From positions 5,003 to 69,002 of the forward strand of contig CABYTX010000001.1 of the NCBI GenBank assembly GCA_902522015.1: a DNA stretch of 64,000 nt, given 5' to 3'. The notes under the pieces are model-generated. The model did not search any database. It was not told the origin of the DNA and saw nothing but the letters and a program-made list of their open reading frames with translations. This DNA is from an uncultured Alphaproteobacteria bacterium. GTDB taxonomy: Bacteria > Pseudomonadota > Alphaproteobacteria > HIMB59 > GCA-002718135. Position 1 is the first letter of the stretch; every line of letters begins with the position of its first letter. Shown here piece after piece: positions 10,027 through 19,329 of the stretch. The translations under genes and the position numbers were made by a program.

Positions 10027-10311
10027 ATGATTAGAATCAATTGTCCTTATTGTGGTGAAAGAGATCATAGTGAATTTAGTTATGGAGGAGATGCAACAAT
10101 CAATTATCCTTCGTTAGATGCATCAGAGAAAGAATGGACTGAAGCTATATTTTTCAGAAAAAATATAAAAGGTTTTCAATTTGAAACATGGCATCATTCT
10201 AATGGATGTAGAATGTGGTTGGTAGTTGAACGTTCTACAGTCACTCATGAAATAAAAAGTGTCAAACCATGTCATCCGAACTTACAGAAGGTTGTAGAAA
10301 ATAATAAATGA
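10027..10311 (+). CDS. soxD: Sarcosine oxidase delta subunit
   Basis: 94 aa with 'INCPYCGERDHSEF' at the N-terminus, typical of SoxD. It abuts soxB and overlaps soxA by 4 nt. Confidence 0.85.
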   Translation: MIRINCPYCGERDHSEFSYGGDATINYPSLDASEKEWTEAIFFRKNIKGFQFETWHHSNGCRMWLVVERSTVTHEIKSVKPCHPNLQKVVENNK

Positions 10312-13265
10312 AAACAAGAAGATTAGATAATTATGGAAAAATTAATAGAGATAAAATTCTATCCTTTAGATGGGATAAAAAGAATTACAAAGGTTTTGAA
10401 GGAGATACTCTAGCATCAGCATTACTTGCAAATAATATTGGTATAGTTGGTAGAAGTTTTAAATATCATAGACCAAGAGGAATATTTTCTAGTGGAGTCG
10501 AAGAATCCGGCGCCTTAGTTACTATTGGTTCAAAAGATAGAAGAGATCCAAATGTAAGAGCAACAACACAAGAATTATATAATGGTTTGGAAGCAAGTGG
10601 TCAAAACGCATTCCCAAATGTAAATTTTGATCTAGCGGGAATAAATAATTACTTAGGTAGATTTTTTGCAGCTGGCTTTTATTATAAAACTTTTATGGGA
10701 ATACCTCCATTTGAATGGGGTAGAGGGACAGCTATATGGATGTTTTTCGAAAAGTTTATTAGAAAAGCGGCGGGAATGGGAAGTGCTTCTGAGTTACCTG
10801 ATCCAGATTCTTATGAACATGCTCATGATTTTTGTGATTTAATTGTTGTAGGATCAGGACCTGCTGGTGTTGCAGCTGCAATAGAGGCAGCAGAAAAAAA
10901 ATTAGATGTTATTTTAGTTGAGCAAGATAGTCTTGTTGGAGGAGATCAACTTGCAGAAAATAATTTTGATAACTCACGGATTAAAAATCAACTTGAAAAT
11001 CTAGGAATAAAAATAATGACTAGAACTACTGCGTTCGGACTATATGATAATTGTGTTGTTGGTTTATTAGAGAGAGTAACAGATCATATATCAGCACCAA
11101 ATGTAAACATTCCACGTCAAAGATTTTGGACTATTAGAGCAAAGCATATAATTGTTGGCGCTGGAGCAATTGAAAGACATATTGCATTTAATAATAATGA
11201 TATTCCTGGTGTAATGACTGTAAATGCATCAAAGCATTATTTGAATAGATATGGTGTATTAACAGGAAAAAGAATTGCGATAGCTACAAATAATGATTCT
11301 GTTTATGAAACAGCACAACAATTATCGGAAGCTGGAGCCAATGTAACTGTTCTTGACTCACGAACTAATCTTGAAATTGAAACAAATAAAAGTTTTGAAA
11401 TTAGAAAAGGGTATGTGCCTTATAATATTAATGGTTCAAAAAAAATTCATAGTTTAGATGTATCAAAAAGTGAAGATATAAATAAATCTGAAACTATAAA
11501 TTGTGATCAGGTTCTATTATCAGGCGGTTGGTCGCCTGCTGTACATTTGTTATCTCACAGGGGTGTAAGGCCTAAATGGGATTATAGCAATGCTTGTTTT
11601 TTACCGAGTGACTCAAAAGAAAATATTACAATGGTAGGTTCTTCTAGAGGTTTATGGAATAAAAATGATTGTATTGCTTCTGGGATAGCAGGAACTACAG
11701 ATGCGTTGAACCGTTTAGGTATTTCTAAAACAAATTATTTTTTCCCAAAACCTGGTGGATGGAAAAATCCCATACAACCACTTTATGAAGTAAAATATAA
11801 AAAATCTAGATCAAAAAGTTTTGTAGATTATCAACATGATGTAACGACAGATGACGTAAGACTCGCACATCGTGAAGGTTTCATTTCTGTAGAGCATCTT
11901 AAAAGATACACAACTTTAGGTATGGCAAACGATCAAGGAAAAATGGGAAATATCATTGGATTATCTTTAATGGCTGAACTTTTAAATAAAGAAATTCCAG
12001 AAGTTGGAACTACTGTTTTCAGACCTCCTTATACTCCTGTATCTATAGGTGCCTTAAGCGGAAGAAATGTTGGAAAACATTTTAGGCCGTTAAGAGTAAC
12101 ACCAATGCATCAATGGAATATTGATCATGGTGCAAAAATGATTGAAGTTGGATTGTATCAAAGACCTTGGTATTATCCCAAAGAAAATGAAACTTTAAGT
12201 GACTCTTATATAAGAGAAGCATCAACAGTAAGAAAAACAGTTGGAATTTGTGATATAACATCATTAGGCAAAATTGCTATTCAAGGACCAGACTCTTCCG
12301 AATTTTTAAATAGAATTTATTCGAATGGTTTTTCAAAACTACAAGTTGGAAAAGCTAGATACGGTATCATGTTGCGTGATGACGGTATTGTAATGGATGA
12401 TGGCACATCTTGGAGATTAGCAGAAAATGAATATTTTATGACGACGTCTACAGGTGAAGCTGCAAAAGTGATGTCATGGTTAGAAGAATTACTTCAAACT
12501 AGATGGACAAATCTTAATGTTAATGTGACTAGTGTTTCTGAACAATGGGCTGGCGTATCAATTGCAGGACCTAAATCTAGAGAAGTTCTCAATAATTGTG
12601 TCGATGATTCTTTGGTTGTAACTAATAATAACTTACCTTTTATGGGTGTTACTTCAACATTTCTTAAAGGTAATATTCCTTGTAGAATTGCAAGAATTAG
12701 TTTTTCTGGTGAATTAGCTTTTGAAGTTTATGTCAAATCAGATTTTGCCAATACAATGATGGACCTACTTTGGGAAAATGCAAAAAAATATGATGGATGT
12801 TTATATGGATTAGAAGCTTTAGGTGCACTTAGAGTTGAAAAAGGTCATGTAACAGCCGCTGAGCTTGATGGAAGAGTAACAATTGATGATGCAGGTTTAA
12901 GCAAAATGGCTTCTACAAAAAAATCATATATTGGAAGCGCAATGAGAAAACGAGGAGTATTAAAAAATAATGATCGAGAAATTCTAGTAGGTTTCTTTCC
13001 TACAAACTTAAAGGAAACTTTTAATGCTGGAACTATTGTCTGTGAAAAAAATAATATTAAAGGACAGGGTATCGGAAGAATTACCTCAGTTACTTATTCT
13101 CCTGAACTTGGACATTGGATTGGGTTAGGTTTTGTCAAAGGGGGTTTAGATAAATGGAAAGATACCAATTTAGTTGGGGCAGATCCTGTAAGAAATAAAC
13201 AAATGAATTTAAAAGTTGTTTCACCACATATGATTGATCCTAATGGAGAAAGAATGTATGCATAG
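10308..13265 (+). CDS. soxA: Sarcosine oxidase alpha subunit
   Basis: 985 aa with the dinucleotide motif 'DLIVVGSGPAGVAAA' and a C-terminal aminomethyltransferase (GcvT)-like region. Confidence 0.9.
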   Translation: MKTRRLDNYGKINRDKILSFRWDKKNYKGFEGDTLASALLANNIGIVGRSFKYHRPRGIFSSGVEESGALVTIGSKDRRDPNVRATTQELYNGLEASGQNAFPNVNFDLAGINNYLGRFFAAGFYYKTFMGIPPFEWGRGTAIWMFFEKFIRKAAGMGSASELPDPDSYEHAHDFCDLIVVGSGPAGVAAAIEAAEKKLDVILVEQDSLVGGDQLAENNFDNSRIKNQLENLGIKIMTRTTAFGLYDNCVVGLLERVTDHISAPNVNIPRQRFWTIRAKHIIVGAGAIERHIAFNNNDIPGVMTVNASKHYLNRYGVLTGKRIAIATNNDSVYETAQQLSEAGANVTVLDSRTNLEIETNKSFEIRKGYVPYNINGSKKIHSLDVSKSEDINKSETINCDQVLLSGGWSPAVHLLSHRGVRPKWDYSNACFLPSDSKENITMVGSSRGLWNKNDCIASGIAGTTDALNRLGISKTNYFFPKPGGWKNPIQPLYEVKYKKSRSKSFVDYQHDVTTDDVRLAHREGFISVEHLKRYTTLGMANDQGKMGNIIGLSLMAELLNKEIPEVGTTVFRPPYTPVSIGALSGRNVGKHFRPLRVTPMHQWNIDHGAKMIEVGLYQRPWYYPKENETLSDSYIREASTVRKTVGICDITSLGKIAIQGPDSSEFLNRIYSNGFSKLQVGKARYGIMLRDDGIVMDDGTSWRLAENEYFMTTSTGEAAKVMSWLEELLQTRWTNLNVNVTSVSEQWAGVSIAGPKSREVLNNCVDDSLVVTNNNLPFMGVTSTFLKGNIPCRIARISFSGELAFEVYVKSDFANTMMDLLWENAKKYDGCLYGLEALGALRVEKGHVTAAELDGRVTIDDAGLSKMASTKKSYIGSAMRKRGVLKNNDREILVGFFPTNLKETFNAGTIVCEKNNIKGQGIGRITSVTYSPELGHWIGLGFVKGGLDKWKDTNLVGADPVRNKQMNLKVVSPHMIDPNGERMYA

Positions 13266-13821
13266 ACATTCTGCACTAGAAACAATTTATAAGGTCGGAA
13301 AATATTCATCAAGTGAGAAACAATCTCTAACATTTAAAGAATTAAAAAGTTTAGAAATTTTGCAAATTGCTTGTTGGCCTGACAAAATTGATGAAATGAA
13401 TAATTTACTATCAAAAGAACTAAAAATTAAAAATATTCCTAGTTTTAATAAAGGGATAATTTTTGAAAATAAATCATTATGGAGAATGGAACCTTTGAAA
13501 TGGTGGTTATTTAATAAAGAAATTGAAATAAGTGAGCAAATCGCAACAATTTTAGACATGTCTCATGCTTTCACAGGTATTGAAATTACAGGAGATAATT
13601 CATCATTATTTTTAAATAGACATCTTCCAATTGATTTAAGAGCTAGAAAATTTCCAGATCTATCTTCTGCTAGCACAGCCATTCATCATGTCAGTGTTAA
13701 GTTATTTAAAATATCCTCTAATAATTACTGTCTATATATGCCAAGAGGTTTTGCCTTATCAATTTGGGAGATCCTTCTTGAAACAGCAGATCAGTTTGGA
13801 TATGAAGTATTAGAGAGATAA
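13258..13821 (+). CDS. soxG: Sarcosine oxidase gamma subunit
   Basis: Called from its position after soxA and its size (~187 aa). I prefer the ATG at 13258 ('MHRHSALE', 8-nt overlap with soxA) over the TTG at 13234 given in the ORF track. Start uncertain. Confidence 0.7.
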   Translation: MHRHSALETIYKVGKYSSSEKQSLTFKELKSLEILQIACWPDKIDEMNNLLSKELKIKNIPSFNKGIIFENKSLWRMEPLKWWLFNKEIEISEQIATILDMSHAFTGIEITGDNSSLFLNRHLPIDLRARKFPDLSSASTAIHHVSVKLFKISSNNYCLYMPRGFALSIWEILLETADQFGYEVLER

Positions 13822-13840
13822 AGAGATTATCTAAAAAATT

Positions 13841-15016
13841 ATGATTTTTTCACAAGAAGAATTTAATTCAAGAATTGCAAAAGTAAAACAGTCTATGAAT
13901 AAAAGAGGTGTTGATATTCTATTAACTACTGATCCCTCTAATATGAATTATCTAACTGGCTATGATGGATGGTCATTTTATGTTCCACAAGGAGTAATAA
14001 TTTCTATAGATGAAGATCAACCATTTTGGTTTGGAAGAAAGCAAGATTCGAATGGTGCAAGGATTACAACTTTTTTAAATGAAGAAAATATATTTGGTTA
14101 TCCTGAGCGACTTATTCAATCACCACCATTACATCCATATGATTACGTAGTTAAATTATTTAAAGACAAAAATTGGTCAAGTAAAAATATTGGCGTTGAA
14201 ATGGATAGCTATTATTATACTGCAGAAAATCATAGGAGATTAAAAGATAATTTAACGAATGCTAAATTTATTAATGCACATCTTCTAATTAATTGGGTAA
14301 GATATGTAAAATCTAAAAATGAAATAAAATTTATGAAAGATGCTGGCACACTTGTGAAAGCAGGAATGACAACAGCATTTGATTCAATAAAAGAAGGTGT
14401 AAAACAAAGTTTAGTTGCAGGAAAAATTCAAAATACTCTAATTGCTGGAAATGATTCAACACAAATTGGAGGAGAATATTCAGGTTTAGGTATAATACTT
14501 GCAAGTGGGAGATCAGCATCAGCATCACACTTAACTCCTAGTGATAAAAAATTTGAAAATAATGAAGGAACAATTATTGAATTAGGTGGTGTGAAACATC
14601 GTTATCACTGTGCCTTATCCAGAACTGTATATGTTGGTAAACCTGATCCAAAGATATCGGATACATTAAAAATAACAAATGAAGGTATTGAGAAAGCTTT
14701 AGAACAGACAAACCCAGGAAATAGTTGTCATAATGTTGCAGTTGCTTTTTGGTCAGTATTAGAAAAATATGGATTAGAAAAAGAATCAAGAGCTGGCTAC
14801 TCAATTGGTATTGGTTATCCTCCTGATTGGGGGGAACACACACTTAGTATCCGGAAAAATGAAAAGACACTTTTAGAACCTAATGTTACTTTTCATCTTA
14901 TGTGTGGAATGTGGATGGATACGTGGGGATTAGAACTAAGTGAGTCAGTTAGAGTAACAGAGAGAGGTTACGAGTTACTTACTCAAGTCCCAAGAGATTT
15001 GCATTTAGTAAATTAA
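13841..15016 (+). CDS. Ectoine hydrolase-like M24 protein (DoeA/EutD-like)
   Basis: 391 aa. 'DPSNMNYLTGYDGWSFYV', 'RYHCALSRT' and 'GYPPDWGEHT' match my recollection of DoeA/EutD sequences. No search run. Confidence 0.75.
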   Translation: MIFSQEEFNSRIAKVKQSMNKRGVDILLTTDPSNMNYLTGYDGWSFYVPQGVIISIDEDQPFWFGRKQDSNGARITTFLNEENIFGYPERLIQSPPLHPYDYVVKLFKDKNWSSKNIGVEMDSYYYTAENHRRLKDNLTNAKFINAHLLINWVRYVKSKNEIKFMKDAGTLVKAGMTTAFDSIKEGVKQSLVAGKIQNTLIAGNDSTQIGGEYSGLGIILASGRSASASHLTPSDKKFENNEGTIIELGGVKHRYHCALSRTVYVGKPDPKISDTLKITNEGIEKALEQTNPGNSCHNVAVAFWSVLEKYGLEKESRAGYSIGIGYPPDWGEHTLSIRKNEKTLLEPNVTFHLMCGMWMDTWGLELSESVRVTERGYELLTQVPRDLHLVN

Positions 15017-15729
15017 TCATTTGCATCACCACCTCCAGCACCTTTGGCTCTAGATTCCTCTGACTCAGGTACAAAAGTTCTAAAAGCGATCTTAGATATT
15101 TGATCCCAAGATTCTTTATCAGGATTTATGCCTTCAGATAGAAAATTATTTATATTTGATGATGGAATATTAATATCTAACTTTTGTTCATTTAAAATAT
15201 TTTTTGTAAGTAAAAGATCAAAATTTCTTTGATAATTTGTAGAGATAATATCTCTATTAATACTAATATTTTTATTTGTTATTTGTGCATCAACTTTTTT
15301 ATCTAACAAAAACTGTGAATTGATATTTTTTTTTGCATACTTATAAAGCAAAGGTATAAGGAATATGGGATCATTGCAATTTTTTATAGTTAATTTTAAA
15401 TTTTCTTTTTTATCTACTTTTGATATCAAATAATCAATTAATCCTGGCCCTATCATCAATGAAGACTTATTTTTACAATCAAACTCATCATTTATATTTG
15501 ATGGATCTATGCTAGCATTAAAAGTGTTATCTAATTCTTTAATTTTTAATGTTAATAATTTGATTCCGTCTAAACCAAGTATTTCAAGCCAAGTTGTAAT
15601 AAATGCAGCGTCTTCATCTGATCCATAAGTGAACCCTAATCCTGAAAAAGCTCGCTGTGAATTAGTGTAGACTTCATAATAAGAGTAACTCACAGATATT
15701 AATATGAATTCATTGTTGCAAAACCCCAT
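15013..15729 (-). CDS. Conserved hypothetical protein (possibly DUF3726-like), function unknown
   Basis: 238-aa ORF with no TM segment or cofactor motif seen. The N-terminal 'GLGFTYGSDEDAAFITTWLEILGLDG' and C-terminal 'ESRAKGAGGGDAND' recall DUF3726-type proteins (memory only). An in-frame GTG at 15693 would remove the 31-nt overlap with the upstream gene, so the start is uncertain. Confidence 0.6.
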   Translation of the reverse strand: MGFCNNEFILISVSYSYYEVYTNSQRAFSGLGFTYGSDEDAAFITTWLEILGLDGIKLLTLKIKELDNTFNASIDPSNINDEFDCKNKSSLMIGPGLIDYLISKVDKKENLKLTIKNCNDPIFLIPLLYKYAKKNINSQFLLDKKVDAQITNKNISINRDIISTNYQRNFDLLLTKNILNEQKLDINIPSSNINNFLSEGINPDKESWDQISKIAFRTFVPESEESRAKGAGGGDAND

Positions 15730-17363
15730 TCATCAACATTTTTATTATTTAGATCTGATAAATAAGGAGCTCCAGAAAAAAAACTTACTCTTAACCATCT
15801 ATCTGACTTAGGATCATATCGATTGGCACCAAAAAAAGATAATTTAAATCTTAACATATCAATTGGTATTGTTTTTTTATCGAGAACATTATCTTGAACT
15901 TCCGAATAAGGATAATTTTTTAAAGATTGTATTCTTTTAACAATTCCTCTGTATTCAGGATGTGTTAATAAAAATTCACAAATTAATTGATTTTCATCTA
16001 CATTTTTTATTTGCTTAAATAAGTCACTGACCATTTTTGCAATTCCTAAATTTTGCTCCAATTCACTTCCTTTCTCATTATATCTTTCACCTAGCCTAGG
16101 TTCTAACTTTGCTGCTGAAACATACCAAAATAAATAATTGCTATCTTTGTTATTAAAATCAATATCTTTTATCCAAGAATATTTATCATTGATTATTTGT
16201 TTTAAATCTCCGATAGATTGATTTCCATCAATTTCCATTATCTCCTCATCTGCCATATCCTCTGCTAACTCTTCTGATATTTGAGGATACAACTCAATTA
16301 GTTGTACTCTTGCAATTTCTTGAGTATCATTATTAAAATTTGAATCACAATAATCTAGAATATCTAACCATTTAAATTTTTGAGAAAGATCTAAGTCATT
16401 AATATAGAAAATATATTTTTTTAAATCTTCAGTAGTTAATTTATTTTTATTAATTTGGAATTCATCACTTGTGTTTACTTCCTCAAGATAATTAAGAGCT
16501 TTATTCAACAGTTTTTTATATTTTTCGAAAATTATACTATCTAACTCAATTTGAGAAATTGCTTCTAATGTATTTGTGTACTGTTTCATCCACTTATTAA
16601 TCAACTTTGGATGTTTAATGATAAAAGGTGCCATGCCTAAACCTGTTGAATTACCAATACCTAAATGTTGTTTAATTTTTCTATCTAACTTTACTGCTTT
16701 TTTTGGATTAATTTGCCTTGCAACATGCTCAACTAATTCAATACTAAATTCTCTAATTAAATAAACTGATAACATTTCTGCTCTAAAGGGTTGATTGAAA
16801 ACAGTTGTATTTTTTGTGTTAGTAAAATCTGATAATCCAAATTTACCACTACCATAAACAGCAGTAGTTCTCAGTAAATACCCAACTTTATTTATTTCGT
16901 AAATATCTGGCTGATTACCATTTGAAAGACAATCGACAACATACTGAAATAATCTTACACTTTTATTTGCTCTGCTAAGAATTAACTCATCTGGAGAATT
17001 GCGACCTGATTCTTGAAGAGGAATTGTTTTTTTTAATCTATTTAGATCTTGATCAGATAATTTACCTACATGTAACGTATAGGCTGTATCCCATTTACTA
17101 GCAATAACTCTATCACTTCTATCCTTATCATCTAGAAAAGCAGAGAAACATACAAGTGAATAAGTTTGCTTATTAATAATTATTTCATAAACAACAGTGC
17201 CGAAACCATATTTATCTAAATCAAATTTTGACTTATGTATTTCCCAGTTGTCATTGATCAATCTTCTTAACATACTTCTAGAAAAACTAAGGCGAGAAGG
17301 ATAGCGTGAACCCATTCTTGATAGTTTCATGTAGTTATCGTTTTCTCTTACTTTTTGTAACAT
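15699..17363 (-). CDS. Hypothetical protein, 554 aa, no family recognised
   Basis: Long uninterrupted ORF in a dense coding context. It looks soluble, contains the acidic stretch 'EELAEDMADEEIMEIDG', and has no Rossmann, P-loop, PLP or Cys-cluster motif that I can identify. Confidence 0.7.
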   Translation of the reverse strand: MLQKVRENDNYMKLSRMGSRYPSRLSFSRSMLRRLINDNWEIHKSKFDLDKYGFGTVVYEIIINKQTYSLVCFSAFLDDKDRSDRVIASKWDTAYTLHVGKLSDQDLNRLKKTIPLQESGRNSPDELILSRANKSVRLFQYVVDCLSNGNQPDIYEINKVGYLLRTTAVYGSGKFGLSDFTNTKNTTVFNQPFRAEMLSVYLIREFSIELVEHVARQINPKKAVKLDRKIKQHLGIGNSTGLGMAPFIIKHPKLINKWMKQYTNTLEAISQIELDSIIFEKYKKLLNKALNYLEEVNTSDEFQINKNKLTTEDLKKYIFYINDLDLSQKFKWLDILDYCDSNFNNDTQEIARVQLIELYPQISEELAEDMADEEIMEIDGNQSIGDLKQIINDKYSWIKDIDFNNKDSNYLFWYVSAAKLEPRLGERYNEKGSELEQNLGIAKMVSDLFKQIKNVDENQLICEFLLTHPEYRGIVKRIQSLKNYPYSEVQDNVLDKKTIPIDMLRFKLSFFGANRYDPKSDRWLRVSFFSGAPYLSDLNNKNVDEWGFATMNSY

Positions 17364-17417
17364 TTATTAAATATCTGTAGTTAATTTTGGTTTTTTCATT
17401 AATAGAAGTATTAATCT

Positions 17418-18404
17418 ATGTCAAAAATAAGTGAAGATATACTTCTAATTGATGGATTGGAATATTGTAACTGGAATAGGGAATTATTTGAAAATGCCCA
17501 CCAATCTGGATTAACTGCAATTCATGCGACATTAGTGTATTGGGAAAATACTGAAGAGTCTTTTGAAAAAATTAATTATTGGCACCGTCTTTTTACAGAG
17601 CATCATGATATTATTGCTCACGCAAAAACTACCGAAGATATTTTGGATGCTAAAAAAAATAATAAAGTTGCAATTATTTTTGGTTTTCAAAATTCTGCTC
17701 CTATTGCGAATGATATATTTTTAATTGAAAAATTTTTTGAAGCAGGTGTAAGATTTATGCAACTCACCTATAATAATCAAACCCCACTCGCTGGAGGATG
17801 TTTTGAACCTAAAGACTCAGGTGTTTCACGATTTGGAAAAGCTGTTATTGAAGAAATGAATAGACTTGGCATGATTGTAGATTTAAGTCATGCAGGAAAG
17901 CAAACTTGTCTTGATGCTATTGAAGTCTCAAATAAACCTGTGGCAATTTCTCATGCTAACCCAAATTTCTTTCATAAATCTAAAAGAAACATTGATACTG
18001 ATATTTTACAAAAACTTGTTAAAAAAAATGGTTTTATTGGGTTAAGTTTATATCCTTACCATCTTAAAAATTTAGGTGATTGTACCATAGAAGATTTTTG
18101 TGAAATGATTAAGGAGCTAGTAAACCTAATTGGTGAAGACAATATTGGAATAGGGTCTGATCTTTGTTTAAATTGGCCTGATGATGTAGTTATGTGGATG
18201 AGAAATGGAAAGTGGACCAAAAATATCGACTATGGAGAATCTAAAGATAAAAATCCAAAATGGCCTAAGTTACCAAGTTGGTATAAACAACCAAGTGACT
18301 TAAATAATTTTTTTTACTTAATGTGTGAAAATAATATTCCAGAAAAAGTTTCTACAAAAATAATAGGTCAGAATTGGTTTAACTTCATGAAAAATCAATT
18401 TTAG
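17418..18404 (+). CDS. M19 (renal/membrane dipeptidase) family homologue, N-terminal HxD motif substituted
   Basis: 328 aa. 'DLSHAG', 'ISHANP' and 'GIGSDL' are family-like, but 'IDGLEYCNW' stands where 'DGHxD' is expected. Confidence 0.75.
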   Translation: MSKISEDILLIDGLEYCNWNRELFENAHQSGLTAIHATLVYWENTEESFEKINYWHRLFTEHHDIIAHAKTTEDILDAKKNNKVAIIFGFQNSAPIANDIFLIEKFFEAGVRFMQLTYNNQTPLAGGCFEPKDSGVSRFGKAVIEEMNRLGMIVDLSHAGKQTCLDAIEVSNKPVAISHANPNFFHKSKRNIDTDILQKLVKKNGFIGLSLYPYHLKNLGDCTIEDFCEMIKELVNLIGEDNIGIGSDLCLNWPDDVVMWMRNGKWTKNIDYGESKDKNPKWPKLPSWYKQPSDLNNFFYLMCENNIPEKVSTKIIGQNWFNFMKNQF

Positions 18405-19264
18405 TTTCTACGACTAATAAAAGAAGCTGATAGCAAACTTATAATTACAATCGAAGCACCAATCATTTGATAAGTTTCTAAATTTTCTTTTAATAAAAAA
18501 ACAGCCCCAAGAACACCTACCACAGGTTCTAAATACAAAAATAAAGCAGTATATGATTGTCCAATCTTTGGGATAGCAATTAATTGTGATAAAAGTGCAA
18601 AGCTATAACATACCGAAGGAATTAAAATTAAAAGATAAATATTGATATCAAAATTAAAATTTAAAGAAAAAAATATTTTTAATATTACAAAGAAGAAAAA
18701 AGTATTAAAAACATTTATAAAGATATTAATTGGTATTGGTGAAATACCTTTAATAGACATTTTTTGATTTACTATAATCATACTAGTTGATCCAAGTGAG
18801 GCAAGAAAAGCTAAAAGAATACCTACTATATTTATGACTTTAAAAGATGGTCCTATAACTAAAACAATTCCTAAAAATGTAACAAAAAAGAGAATCTTTA
18901 CAGTTAATGAAATTTTTTCTTTATCGACAATAATAGAAAACAAAAGAACATATATTGGATAGAGGCAAAAAATAAGAATTGTTAAACTAACTTCAATAAA
19001 TATAACTGAAGTCAATAATCCAAGCGTTAATAATATTGAACCCGCTGAAATAGATAAAAAGTATTTTAGGTTCTTTTTAAAAATTTCTAATAGATTCTTT
19101 TGATAAGGGATAAAAGGTAATATAATTATCGAGGCAACTGCGTAACGTAAAAAAATAGTTAATGCTACAGAGGCGCCTGAATTATATGCTATTTTTGTAG
19201 TAGGGCCAATTAAGCCAAACAAAATTCCAGCAACTAAAGCAAAAATAACTCCAAATATGAACAT
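18401..19264 (-). CDS. EamA/DMT family transporter
   Basis: 287 aa, about ten hydrophobic spans, with the two-fold EamA-like organisation. Confidence 0.8.
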   Translation of the reverse strand: MFIFGVIFALVAGILFGLIGPTTKIAYNSGASVALTIFLRYAVASIIILPFIPYQKNLLEIFKKNLKYFLSISAGSILLTLGLLTSVIFIEVSLTILIFCLYPIYVLLFSIIVDKEKISLTVKILFFVTFLGIVLVIGPSFKVINIVGILLAFLASLGSTSMIIVNQKMSIKGISPIPINIFINVFNTFFFFVILKIFFSLNFNFDINIYLLILIPSVCYSFALLSQLIAIPKIGQSYTALFLYLEPVVGVLGAVFLLKENLETYQMIGASIVIISLLSASFISRRN

Positions 19265-19329
19265 TTTTTAAATTAACTTTTGACTATTTGTTTTCATGCA
19301 GTTATTCAAGCTTCATTACAAAATATATT

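Noticed and set aside
15691-15740. A possible frameshift or programmed slippage at the 'GGGGTTTT' run that would fuse the 554-aa and 238-aa ORFs, which overlap by 31 nt in different frames.
   Set aside because: An in-frame GTG at 15693, 5 nt after the upstream stop, gives an N-terminus ('SYSYYEVYTNSQRAFSGLGF...') that looks like a natural domain start. Two separate genes is the simpler reading. It cannot be fully excluded without homologues.
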